NCBI GenBank assembly: GCA_018303825.1
Contig: JAGVXK010000010.1
Location: forward strand, 1-36,146
Source of the DNA: Candidatus Pacearchaeota archaeon
GTDB lineage: Archaea; Nanobdellota; Nanobdellia; Pacearchaeales; GW2011-AR1
Length of the DNA stretch: 36,146 nucleotides
Reading direction: 5' to 3'
Shown: piece by piece, positions 20,045 to 28,736 of the stretch
Position numbering within the stretch: position 1 is the first letter of the stretch
How the letters are laid out: each line of letters opens with the position of its first letter
The notes under the pieces: generated by a model
Told to the model about the DNA's origin: nothing
Databases searched by the model: none
Seen by the model: only the letters and a program-made list of their open reading frames with translations
Program-made: the position numbers and the translations under genes

Positions 20045-20252
20045 ATCTATCCCCAATTATTCTGCACATTGCCATCCCTTTATCCATTAATTTATCCATA
20101 ATTATTATTTCCCATGCCATTATTTTATCTATATTAACATTTATATTTTTATTAGCTATTTCAACCATCTTTAATCTATATCCTTCACCATTTTAACCAT
20201 CTCTCATTAGAGAAATTTCACTTTATAAATCTTAACAAGTCGTGGTTAATTT

Positions 20253-21104
20253 TTAAAACAGCAAGGGCGTGACATAAACTTCTATTAATGCTGCAATCAA
20301 AAGAACAATAATTGAAAGAACAATAAGGTTTAAAGAATCCTGCAAAACTTCCCAAAATTTATCTTTTCCAAACTCATGCTTTATCACAGCAACAGAGACA
20401 AGGCCTCCGGCAAGAGCAACTATGAAATAAGATGCTATTTCTGGAATTCCATGAATCATATACCTTGCTAGACCAATAGGAAGATATGCTAAGTCTGATT
20501 TTGTGAATATCCCTATAGCGGCAGCTATTACGGAAGCATTCCAGGCAAGGACAAATATAGCTCCTGCCCCAAAAATGAATGAAAAAGCAAGCGTAAAGAT
20601 AAGAACATAAATATTATTGGTAAAAATCATGAATAATCTGTTTGCTCCAACAGCATTTCCCGTAAAAGAGGTTTGTTTTATTCCATATTCCGCGGCGCAG
20701 CTGTCTATATTTCCTGGACGGTTTATTTGGCAATATGTTTTTACTTGAAAATTCAAAGTAGGAGTGTCAAGAACCATATTCCAGAAAGAAAATGCGACTA
20801 AAAATCCAAAAAACAGCCAAAGAAAAGCATAAATTGCATTTCTGTGCTTGTTCAGCAGAGATATGCTTTTATTATTTTCATCTATTCTCTTCTCTTCTAA
20901 CTTTAATGTATAAAAAATAAAGGGCATGGAAAACATGACGGTAAATGTAACAACAAGAATTCCAGATGCTTCTTTCAGCACAGGATCAGACGCGAAAATA
21001 AAGTGAACAAGACCAATGGAAAGTGAGGCATAAACCAATCCAATAAAGAAAAGCTCCCACGGCTCTCTCTCAGCTCTTTTAGGATTAATCAACATTTCCA
21101 GCAT
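20253..21104 (-). CDS. SpoIIM/DUF95-family membrane protein
   Basis: IFTNNIYV, NASVIAAAIG, YMIHGIPEIASY, AALIEVYVTP. Confidence 0.8.
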   Translation of the reverse strand: MLEMLINPKRAEREPWELFFIGLVYASLSIGLVHFIFASDPVLKEASGILVVTFTVMFSMPFIFYTLKLEEKRIDENNKSISLLNKHRNAIYAFLWLFFGFLVAFSFWNMVLDTPTLNFQVKTYCQINRPGNIDSCAAEYGIKQTSFTGNAVGANRLFMIFTNNIYVLIFTLAFSFIFGAGAIFVLAWNASVIAAAIGIFTKSDLAYLPIGLARYMIHGIPEIASYFIVALAGGLVSVAVIKHEFGKDKFWEVLQDSLNLIVLSIIVLLIAALIEVYVTPLLF

Positions 21105-21196
21105 ATTTTCTTTCCTCTTTTAGATACCAATATCTCCCATTTCCCACTTAAATACCTTTTGCATAATTTTATATAAGATAAAATAATAACCCATTT

Positions 21197-22039
21197 ATGA
21201 GAGTGAGATACCTTTTTTCATCGAGGAAGACAAGGCAGATAGACCCATTCAATCAGCATAAAATTGCTGTTCCTAAACAAGTTTCAGAGATAATCAGGAT
21301 TTCAGATGTGGTCCTTGAAGTCCTGGATGCAAGATTTCTTGATGAGACAAGAAATAAAGAAATGGAAGTGATAATAAAAGAATTGAACAAGAAAGTAATT
21401 TATGTTTTGAATAAGGCGGACCTTGTAGATATAGTAAAGTTAAAGGAAGAAGCGGAAAGGAAAGAATTATTTCCATATGTTATAATCTCAGCTAAAAAAG
21501 GAATAGGAAAAGGAACTTTAATTGAAAGAATAAAGATTGAAGCGAAGAGAAATATAAAAGACAAAACATTTAAGATAGCGCACATAGGAATTATAGGCTA
21601 TCCTAATACTGGAAAGAGCACTTTGATTAATTTTCTAACCGGAAGAAAAGCAGCTGGAACAAGCAGGCAAGCAGGATTCACAAAAGGAAAGAAGCAAATC
21701 AGATTAAGCAAGGGAATTCTCCTTCTTGACACTCCAGGAGTTCTTCCAGAAAAGGAAAATTCGCAAGTAAGCACTAAAGATTTGAAAAAGTATGGAAGAA
21801 TAAGCGTAGAAACTTATGATAAAGTGAGAGACCCAGAATTAATAGTAGATAGTCTTGTCAAGGCAAATCCTGGCCTGTTCGAAAGTTATTACAAAATTGA
21901 CGCGAGAGGTGATTCAGAGATATTAATTGAGCAGTTAGGAAGAAGAAATCACTTTTTAATAAAAGGAAATCTTGTTGACACTCAGAGAACATCAAGATTA
22001 ATCATTAAAGACTGGCAGGAAAGCAAAGTCAAGAAATAA
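21197..22039 (+). CDS. Circularly permuted ribosome-biogenesis GTPase (RbgA/YlqF family)
   Basis: G4 (NKAD) precedes G1 (GYPNTGKS) and G3 (DTPG); EVLDAR. Confidence 0.9.
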   Translation: MRVRYLFSSRKTRQIDPFNQHKIAVPKQVSEIIRISDVVLEVLDARFLDETRNKEMEVIIKELNKKVIYVLNKADLVDIVKLKEEAERKELFPYVIISAKKGIGKGTLIERIKIEAKRNIKDKTFKIAHIGIIGYPNTGKSTLINFLTGRKAAGTSRQAGFTKGKKQIRLSKGILLLDTPGVLPEKENSQVSTKDLKKYGRISVETYDKVRDPELIVDSLVKANPGLFESYYKIDARGDSEILIEQLGRRNHFLIKGNLVDTQRTSRLIIKDWQESKVKK

Positions 22040-22091
22040 AAACATCATAAAAAGCAAAGTTTAAAAATTGCTGGGGGTATTTAGCTGTACC

Positions 22092-23315
22092 ATGGTCAAA
22101 TCTCATCTCAAATCTAGAGTTAAATCAAAGGAAACGTTCATTCTTACCATTAATGGCGGTTCTTCAAGCATTAAGTTTGCCCTTTTTGAAACCTCTAGTT
22201 TAACAAGGGTTCTTGAAGGCAAAATAGACAGGATTGGATTAAAGGACGCAACATTAACATTTAGTGGAAAAGACAAGAAAGACAATGTTTCCCAGAATAT
22301 TTCTGCTGGAACATACAAAGCGGCGGTTGATGTCTTGATATCATTTTTAGAAAAAAAGCTTGGAAAGAATGCAATGAACAATATGGTTGCTGTTGGACAT
22401 AGAATTGTTCATGGGGGACTAAAATACAACAAACCTGAGGAAGTTGATAAAGAAATGCTTGCTGAATTGCACAATATAAAATCATTTTCTCCAGAACATC
22501 TCCCAGGAGAAATACTTTTAATGGAAACTTTCAGTAAAAAGTTTCCCGGATTAAAGCAAATAGCTTGTTTTGACACTGCATTCCATAGGGAAATGCCAAA
22601 AGTAGCACATATATTGCCGATTCCAAGAAAATATTATGATAAGGGCATTAGGCGTTATGGATTTCATGGAATTTCATATTCTTTTCTAATGGATGAACTT
22701 TCAAGAATCTCAGGAAAAGAATATCTTGGAAAAATAATAATCGCTCACTTAGGAAATGGATGCAGTCTTGCTGCTGTCAATAAGGGTAAGTCAGTTGATA
22801 CAAGCATGGGCTTTACTCCAACTGCTGGAATTCCAATGAGCACCCGTTCAGGCGATATAGATCCAGGATTGGTTTGGTATTTAGCAAGAACTGAGAGAAT
22901 AGATGCAGAGCAATTCAATAAAATGATAAATTCCCAGTCTGGACTTTTTGGTGTTTCTGAAATAAGTTCAGACATGAGAGACCTACTTGAGAAAGAGGAA
23001 AAAGATAAAGACGAAAGGGCAAAAGAGGCAATTGATTTATTCTGCTATCAAATAAGAAAGTTCATTGGCTCATATTCTGCTGCAATGAATGGCCTCGATA
23101 CTTTAATTTTCAGTGCTGGAATAGGAGAAAACGCCCCAAAGATAAGAAAAAGAATCTGTCAGCATTTTGGATTTTTAGGAATTGAGTTGGATGAAAAGAA
23201 GAATAATGCAAACTCTGAGATTATCTCGTCAAAAGAAAGCAAAGTAATAGTTAGAGTAATAAAGACAGATGAGGAATTGATGATTGCCAAGATCATCTCC
23301 TCATTTATTAAATAA
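22092..23315 (+). CDS. ackA: Acetate kinase
   Basis: INGGSSSIKF, GHRIVHGG, FDTAFH, RRYGFHGISY, HLGNG.S, SMGFTP..G, TRSGDIDP, AGIGEN, TDEELMIA. Confidence 0.95.
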   Translation: MVKSHLKSRVKSKETFILTINGGSSSIKFALFETSSLTRVLEGKIDRIGLKDATLTFSGKDKKDNVSQNISAGTYKAAVDVLISFLEKKLGKNAMNNMVAVGHRIVHGGLKYNKPEEVDKEMLAELHNIKSFSPEHLPGEILLMETFSKKFPGLKQIACFDTAFHREMPKVAHILPIPRKYYDKGIRRYGFHGISYSFLMDELSRISGKEYLGKIIIAHLGNGCSLAAVNKGKSVDTSMGFTPTAGIPMSTRSGDIDPGLVWYLARTERIDAEQFNKMINSQSGLFGVSEISSDMRDLLEKEEKDKDERAKEAIDLFCYQIRKFIGSYSAAMNGLDTLIFSAGIGENAPKIRKRICQHFGFLGIELDEKKNNANSEIISSKESKVIVRVIKTDEELMIAKIISSFIK

Positions 23316-23330
23316 AAACACAAGATTTAA

Positions 23331-25739
23331 ATGAAACAAAAAAATAACAATAAGATGAAGAAGACTGAAAAGTCAAAGCAGGCGGGAATTTCAGCGGATT
23401 TATTAGAAAAGATGGATGCTTATTGGCGCGCAGCTAATTATCTTTCTGTAGGGCAGATATATCTTCTTAATAATCCATTGTTAAAAGAAAAATTAAAAAT
23501 TGAGCATGTCAAGCCCCGCTTGCTAGGGCATTGGGGCACAACTCCTGGATTGAATTTTATCTATGTTCATCTTAATAGATTGATAAAAGAAAAGAATTTG
23601 AACATGATTTACATAGCGGGACCTGGACATGGCGGCCCAGGATTAGTTGCTAATGCCTATCTAGAAGGAACATATACAGAATATTATCCAAAAATAACCC
23701 AAGATGAAAAAGGTATGCAAAAATTATTCAAGCAATTCTCATTTCCGGGAGGAATTCCAAGCCATGTTGCTCCAGAAACACCAGGTTCAATCCATGAGGG
23801 GGGAGAATTGGGATATTCTTTATCGCATGCATTTGGGGCAGCATTTGACAATCCTGATTTGATTGTTGCCTGTGTTATCGGAGATGGGGAAGCAGAAACA
23901 GGTCCATTAGCAACTGCCTGGCATTCAAATAAATTCCTAAATCCTGTAAAAGACGGGGCAGTTCTTCCTATTTTGCATTTAAATGGCTACAAAATAGCAA
24001 ATCCAACAATTCTTGCCAGGATTAATAAAGACGAATTGATAAAGTTGTTTGAAGGATATGGTTACAAGCCTTATTTTGTTGAAGGAAGTAATCCTAAAAC
24101 AATGCATCAGCTAATGGCTCAAACCCTAGATTTAGTAATAGCGGAGATAAAGCAAATCCAAAAGAATGCAAGAGATAATAACAAGCAGGAAAGACAGCTC
24201 TGGCCGATGATTATCTTAAGAAGTCCAAAAGGATGGACAGGTCCGAAGAAAGTTGATGGAAAACTAACCGAGAATTTTTGGAGGTCACATCAGGTTCCAT
24301 TATCTAATATCGCAACACAGCCAGCACATTTAGAACTATTGGAAAAATGGCTTAAGAGTTATAAGCTGGAGGAATTATTTGACAAAAAAGGAAAGCTTAT
24401 CCCAGAATTAGCATCATTAGCTCCCAAAGGAAAGTTTAGAATGAGCGACAATCCGGTTGCGAATGGGGGAATTCTCCGAGAGGATTTAAAAATGCCCGAT
24501 TTCAAGAGTTATGCAATTTTAATTCCTAAGCCCGCAGCAGTTGAGGCAGAAGCAACAAAAGTTACTGGAAGATTTTTAAGAGATGTGATAAAAATGAATC
24601 CTAAGAACTTCCGCCTTTTTGGCCCTGATGAAACATCTTCAAATAGATTAGATGCTGTTTTTGAAGCGACAAAGAAAGTCTGGCTTGCAAATTATCTTCC
24701 TGAGGATAAAGATGGAAGCCTGCTTGCTCCGGATGGAAGAGTTATGGAAATCCTAAGCGAGCACACCTGCGAAGGATGGCTTGAAGGTTATCTCTTGACT
24801 GGAAGACACGGTTTCTTTTCCTGTTATGAAGCTTTTATCCATATAATTGATTCAATGTTCAATCAGCATGCCAAATGGCTTCATGTCTGCAAGAAAAATA
24901 TTAAATGGAGAAAGCCAATTTCATCATTAAATATCTTATTAAGTTCACATGTTTGGAGGCAGGACCATAATGGATTTTCCCATCAGGACCCTGGTTTCAT
25001 AGATCATGTTGTAAATAAAAAGGCAGATGTTGTCCGAGTTTATCTTCCGGCTGATGCAAATACTCTCCTTTCCGTTGCTGATCACTGCTTGAAAAGCAAA
25101 GATTATGTAAATATCATTGTTGCAGGAAAACAGCCGGCTTTGCAATATCTTTCAATAGATGAAGCAATCAAGCATTGCGAAAAAGGAGCATCAATTTGGG
25201 AATGGGCAAGCAATGATAAGGGAAATCCGGATGTAGTTATTGCCTGTGCCGGAGATGTTCCAACAATGGAAGCTCTAGCTGCGATTTCAATATTAAGAAA
25301 GCAATTTCCCAAATTAAAAGTCAGGTTTGTAAATGTCGTAGATTTAATGGTTCTTCAAACCAAGAGTGAGCACCCCCATGGAATGCTAGATGCAGATTTT
25401 GATAAAATATTCACTAAAAACAAGCCAATAATATTTGCCTTCCACGGTTATCCTTGGCTGATTCACAGATTAACATACAGAAGAGCAAACCATGATAACA
25501 TTCATGTTAAAGGATACAAAGAGGAAGGAACAACCACAACTCCATTTGACATGGTTGTCCTGAATGACTTAGACAGGTTCCATCTTGTCAAAGATGTTAT
25601 AAGAAGAGTTCCAAAATTGAAATCATCAGGGAAAGCAGTAAGCAAAATGATGGAGGACAAACTATCAGCACATAAGAAATACATCCAGCAATATGGCAAG
25701 GACATGCCCGAAATAACAAGCTGGAAATGGACTGAATGA
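23331..25739 (+). CDS. xfp: Phosphoketolase (xylulose-5-P/fructose-6-P phosphoketolase family)
   Basis: [29 protein letters not shown] (TPP binding), [30 protein letters not shown]. Confidence 0.96.
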   Translation: MKQKNNNKMKKTEKSKQAGISADLLEKMDAYWRAANYLSVGQIYLLNNPLLKEKLKIEHVKPRLLGHWGTTPGLNFIYVHLNRLIKEKNLNMIYIAGPGHGGPGLVANAYLEGTYTEYYPKITQDEKGMQKLFKQFSFPGGIPSHVAPETPGSIHEGGELGYSLSHAFGAAFDNPDLIVACVIGDGEAETGPLATAWHSNKFLNPVKDGAVLPILHLNGYKIANPTILARINKDELIKLFEGYGYKPYFVEGSNPKTMHQLMAQTLDLVIAEIKQIQKNARDNNKQERQLWPMIILRSPKGWTGPKKVDGKLTENFWRSHQVPLSNIATQPAHLELLEKWLKSYKLEELFDKKGKLIPELASLAPKGKFRMSDNPVANGGILREDLKMPDFKSYAILIPKPAAVEAEATKVTGRFLRDVIKMNPKNFRLFGPDETSSNRLDAVFEATKKVWLANYLPEDKDGSLLAPDGRVMEILSEHTCEGWLEGYLLTGRHGFFSCYEAFIHIIDSMFNQHAKWLHVCKKNIKWRKPISSLNILLSSHVWRQDHNGFSHQDPGFIDHVVNKKADVVRVYLPADANTLLSVADHCLKSKDYVNIIVAGKQPALQYLSIDEAIKHCEKGASIWEWASNDKGNPDVVIACAGDVPTMEALAAISILRKQFPKLKVRFVNVVDLMVLQTKSEHPHGMLDADFDKIFTKNKPIIFAFHGYPWLIHRLTYRRANHDNIHVKGYKEEGTTTTPFDMVVLNDLDRFHLVKDVIRRVPKLKSSGKAVSKMMEDKLSAHKKYIQQYGKDMPEITSWKWTE

Positions 25740-25748
25740 TTAAATCAA

Positions 25749-26315
25749 TTAGTTTGTAATTTCTTCTAACAATTCTGGAAATTCCTCTGTTCTCATGTCT
25801 TCTAAAGTATAATGCCCGTGCCCCGCAAGTTCTATTATCTTTCCACCAAGATATTTGTGATAAATTTGCAGGCTCTTCTTGCCATCCTCTTCTTCATCAT
25901 CTGCAGTAAACATTGTAATTTTTCTCACTCTTGACTTAATTGTTTCATCTATAGGGTATCCGTAAAAAGTTTTTCTGAACTCATCATTCATGTCTGGAAT
26001 TTTCCAGGGAGCCACAAGTATTAGTTTTTTAACTTCTTTTTTTGTTTCTCCCAACCAGCGAACCAAAAAGGCGCAACCACAGCTGTGTCCTACTAAAATA
26101 GTATCTTTATTTATATCACATTTTTCGAATTCTTTCTTAAATTTTGTATATTCAGGTTTCCAGGGATTTGGCATAAGCGGTGTTTCCGTTTTTATGTTCA
26201 GAGAAATTAATTTCTTTTTAGTCCAAGGAATCCAATGTTTGTTATATGTTCTTGTTTTGGTATCCATTGCCTTTTCTTCATCAGAAGGACATCCATGAAT
26301 TATAATACAGTTCAT
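25749..26315 (-). CDS. RBBP9/YdeN-family alpha/beta hydrolase
   Basis: IIIHG, LVGHSCG nucleophile elbow, LILVAP, C-terminal GHY. Confidence 0.85.
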   Translation of the reverse strand: MNCIIIHGCPSDEEKAMDTKTRTYNKHWIPWTKKKLISLNIKTETPLMPNPWKPEYTKFKKEFEKCDINKDTILVGHSCGCAFLVRWLGETKKEVKKLILVAPWKIPDMNDEFRKTFYGYPIDETIKSRVRKITMFTADDEEEDGKKSLQIYHKYLGGKIIELAGHGHYTLEDMRTEEFPELLEEITN

Positions 26316-26334
26316 TTTCTTATTTTTCAGCAAG

Positions 26335-26418
26335 TGCGGGGAAGAGGATTCGAACCTCCGAAGGCACTAAGCCGGCAGCTCTTGAGGCTGCCCCATTTGA
26401 CCGCTTTGGTATCCCCGC
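26335..26418 (-). tRNA. tRNA-Leu(CAA), long variable arm, no encoded CCA
   Basis: Reverse complement GCGGGGA...GCAGC-CTCAAGA-GCTGC...GGAGGTTCGAATCCTC-TTCCCCGC-A. TATA-like TTTTATAG 21-28 nt upstream. Confidence 0.96.
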
Positions 26419-26611
26419 ATACACTTTGTCTATGATTCCTATAAAATCACGTGTTATAAAAAGCTATTGCTTTTTATCCCCATTAATAGTTCTATTCTTT
26501 AATTCATATAAATAATTTAATAGACATCAAATATTCTATGAAATCCAGTTGTTGTTTAATATAACAATTTTTTTTTGTTTTTAATATTCATACTATCTGG
26601 ACTTTTATTTA

Positions 26612-27235
26612 TCAAGAAAGTTTCTCAAGAATTTTTTCTACTATTGTTTCAGGAGTAAGATCGTCCGTACTAATCACCAAATCAGCTTCTTTTTCCTGCT
26701 CGAAATAATCAAAACCGTAAATTCTCTTCCATTCTATTCTTTCCTTTCCCTCTCGCTCAACCATCTTGTCTTTTGTTTCATCAAGTTCCAAAGAATCTCT
26801 TTCACATGCCCGGTCTATCCTCTTTTCAACTGGGGCTTTAAGCCAAACCTTTAAGTCAGCATTTTTTATCATTCTAATGGATAGCTTTCCTTCCATCACA
26901 ACATTACCATTTTCAGCTATTTTCAATTGAAGCTCATCTATCACATTGTGCAATTCCTTGCTTTTTCCAACTTCAGTTTTCCAGAAATCAAAAGCAGCAT
27001 GTGTTTCATTCTTTGAATCCATGTCAGGCATGACAAGTCCTTTTTTATCACACAATTCTTTGAATAAAGGATAATATTTCTTATTCTTGTAGGTTCCTCT
27101 TCCAATATCTTTGAATAATTGCCCCATGCTGAAATATTCAATTCCAAGTTTTTTAGAAATAAGCTGTGCAACAGTTGTGTTTCCCGCGCCAGGCTGTCCA
27201 GAAATAACTACTGTTCTCCCTTTTTTCTCAGCCAT
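26612..27235 (-). CDS. cmk: Archaeal-type cytidylate kinase with a variant P-loop
   Basis: VVISGQPGAGNTT, VVMEGKLS, DLKVWLKAP..KR..R, R...IYG.D, DLVISTD. Carries a central insertion. Confidence 0.8.
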   Translation of the reverse strand: MAEKKGRTVVISGQPGAGNTTVAQLISKKLGIEYFSMGQLFKDIGRGTYKNKKYYPLFKELCDKKGLVMPDMDSKNETHAAFDFWKTEVGKSKELHNVIDELQLKIAENGNVVMEGKLSIRMIKNADLKVWLKAPVEKRIDRACERDSLELDETKDKMVEREGKERIEWKRIYGFDYFEQEKEADLVISTDDLTPETIVEKILEKLS

Positions 27236-27422
27236 AACAATTAATTTTTTCAGACTATTAAAACTTTATGCCTCTCGAAAGCAATGTTTCATATGTAGGA
27301 TAAAACCCAATTATATATTTGCACCAATAGTCTATCTAGAGTATAATCTTATTATTTAACCAATAAGGGTGGCCATTCAATATCTAAAATAATATATTAA
27401 TTTGACATTAAAGGAAAAAATC

Positions 27423-27536
27423 GAAGACAGCATTGCTGTTTCGCCTCTTGACGGAGACTAGCGCAGGCAACGTAGCAAGCTTAGCTTCTGGGTTCGGAAT
27501 GTTACCAGGCGTTTCCTTGTTACTGTGGCCGTCTTC
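27423..27536 (-). rRNA. rrf: 5S rRNA, not adjacent to 16S/23S
   Basis: Reverse complement has helix I GAAGACGGC/GCTGTCTTC, the conserved CATTCCGAACCCAGAAGCTAAGC, and loop-E-like CTAGT/GCGAAAC; 114 nt. Confidence 0.93.
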
Positions 27537-27557
27537 ATTTTTTATGTTTTCAATATA

Positions 27558-27566
27558 CTATTTAAA
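27558..27566 (-). promoter_or_regulatory. TATA box of the 5S rRNA gene
   Basis: TTTAAATAG on the minus strand 22-30 nt upstream of the 5S 5' end; sits in the divergent 5S/rnp4 spacer. Confidence 0.6.
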
Positions 27567-27587
27567 CCTTGTTATTTTATTGTAATT

Positions 27588-27848
27588 ATGGCAAAGTCAG
27601 AGAAGCAGGAAGCAATAGCAAAAATATTAAAATTCTTTTCAAGAAAAAGGTTTTCACAGGAAGAATTAAAGAAAACCCGCAAGTTGGCAATGAAAAACAA
27701 GCTCAAACTAAGCCGGTTAAGGCAGTTTTACTGCCAATCTTGCTTCTCCCAATTAAAAGGACAAACAAGAATAGGTAAAAAAGAGAGATTATTATATAAA
27801 ACAGTAATATGCAGGAAGTGCAAGCATCCGAATAAGTTCAAAATCTAA
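27588..27848 (+). CDS. rnp4: RNase P protein subunit Rpp21 (Rnp4/Rpr2 zinc ribbon)
   Basis: LAMKNKLKL..., CQSC and CRKC zinc ligands; basic 86-aa protein. The ORF-track GTG start at 27525 overlaps the 5S gene, so ATG 27588 is used. Confidence 0.78.
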   Translation: MAKSEKQEAIAKILKFFSRKRFSQEELKKTRKLAMKNKLKLSRLRQFYCQSCFSQLKGQTRIGKKERLLYKTVICRKCKHPNKFKI

Positions 27849-27884
27849 TAACATTTAAAAGGCAATTCCCTTTATGTTTTTAAT

Positions 27885-27955
27885 GGACATGTAGCACAAT
27901 GGGAGTGTACACGATTGAAGCTCGTGCCGTGGGGGTTCGATTCCCCCCTTGTCCA
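27885..27955 (+). tRNA. tRNA-Phe(GAA), no encoded CCA
   Basis: GGACATG / D arm GCAC-AATGGGA-GTGT / CACGA-TTGAAGC-TCGTG / GGGGG-TTCGATT-CCCCC / CTTGTCC-A. TTTAAAA about 25-31 nt upstream. Confidence 0.92.
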
Positions 27956-28001
27956 TTTTCATTACAGCAATTCTTATAAATGTCAGATATTAGAATAATC
28001 T

Positions 28002-28214
28002 ATGGATGATGACAATAAATGTTATTATGTTAGTGCAAATGAATTATTTATAAATCCAAGATACACATCTATACGGGAAGATGTTCGAGCACAGATTAGA
28101 AAGGAAAAGGAAAAAGAAGAACCAATTCCACTTTGTGCTACTCATGTCGGACAGCAAGCTTTTCTCTGGGCGGAATTAGGTCACAAGATTTTTGGCGCAG
28201 AGGGAAGAGATTAG
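28002..28214 (+). CDS. Hypothetical protein (70 aa)
   Basis: ATG-started ORF with a TATA-like CTTATAAAT about 20-30 nt upstream. No recognisable motif. Confidence 0.5.
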   Translation: MDDDNKCYYVSANELFINPRYTSIREDVRAQIRKEKEKEEPIPLCATHVGQQAFLWAELGHKIFGAEGRD

Positions 28215-28247
28215 TTAGTAAAATTCTCCGAAAATATTTATATAAAA

Positions 28248-28676
28248 TTATCTTTGTCCCGGCGGCGGGAGGAACTTTTCAGGATTATTGGGCTGCCTAC
28301 TAGGTCTTTGAGGATTATTAGGTCTATTAGGCATTGGCCTATTTGGCATGTTAGGCCTGTTCGGTGCATTTGGTTGTCTGTAATGAGGCTGATTTCTGGG
28401 CATTTGCTGGAAATTCCATCTAGGTGCTGGTTGATAAATATGAGGTCTTTGATAAAACTGGGGTCTTGGATGAAAATGCCAGTCATTATGTCTAATCCTA
28501 TATTCCGGAAGAATTATAACACTCCCGTAACAGGCAGGACCTCGCACTTCATATATCTCTGTAATTATTCTAGGTCTGGAGTAAACAACTCTTTCTGGAA
28601 CTATCGCACACCCAGAAAGGATTGCAAGGGCTGTCCCCCCTATCAAGCCAGCAAGCTTTTTACCCAATCTATCCAT
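28248..28676 (-). CDS. Putative lipoprotein with a Pro/Asn/Arg/Gln-rich low-complexity tail
   Basis: MDRLGKK, hydrophobic stretch, LSG-C lipobox; C-terminal PNRP/PNNP repeats. Confidence 0.7.
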   Translation of the reverse strand: MDRLGKKLAGLIGGTALAILSGCAIVPERVVYSRPRIITEIYEVRGPACYGSVIILPEYRIRHNDWHFHPRPQFYQRPHIYQPAPRWNFQQMPRNQPHYRQPNAPNRPNMPNRPMPNRPNNPQRPSRQPNNPEKFLPPPGQR

Positions 28677-28736
28677 CAAAAATAAAGGCATGAGAAATAT
28701 ATAAAATTAAGTATTAATTTTTTAGTGAAGATAACT

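Noticed and set aside
22021-22080. Possible attachment-site remnant (aagcaaagt x2; tgctggggg resembling the tRNA-Leu end) left of ackA
   Set aside because: Matches are too short and degenerate to support integration at tRNA-Leu.
26235-26435. 66-aa ORF spanning tRNA-Leu
   Set aside because: Antisense to the tRNA and to ydeN; spurious.
27525-27587. N-terminal extension of rnp4 from GTG 27525
   Set aside because: Overlaps the 5S rRNA gene and its promoter; ATG 27588 gives a normal Rpp21-like start.
28254-28685. 143-aa plus-strand ORF exactly opposite the lipoprotein
   Set aside because: Codon-aligned antisense frame of a Pro/Arg/Asn-rich gene, which naturally lacks stops. The minus-strand product has a coherent signal peptide and lipobox.
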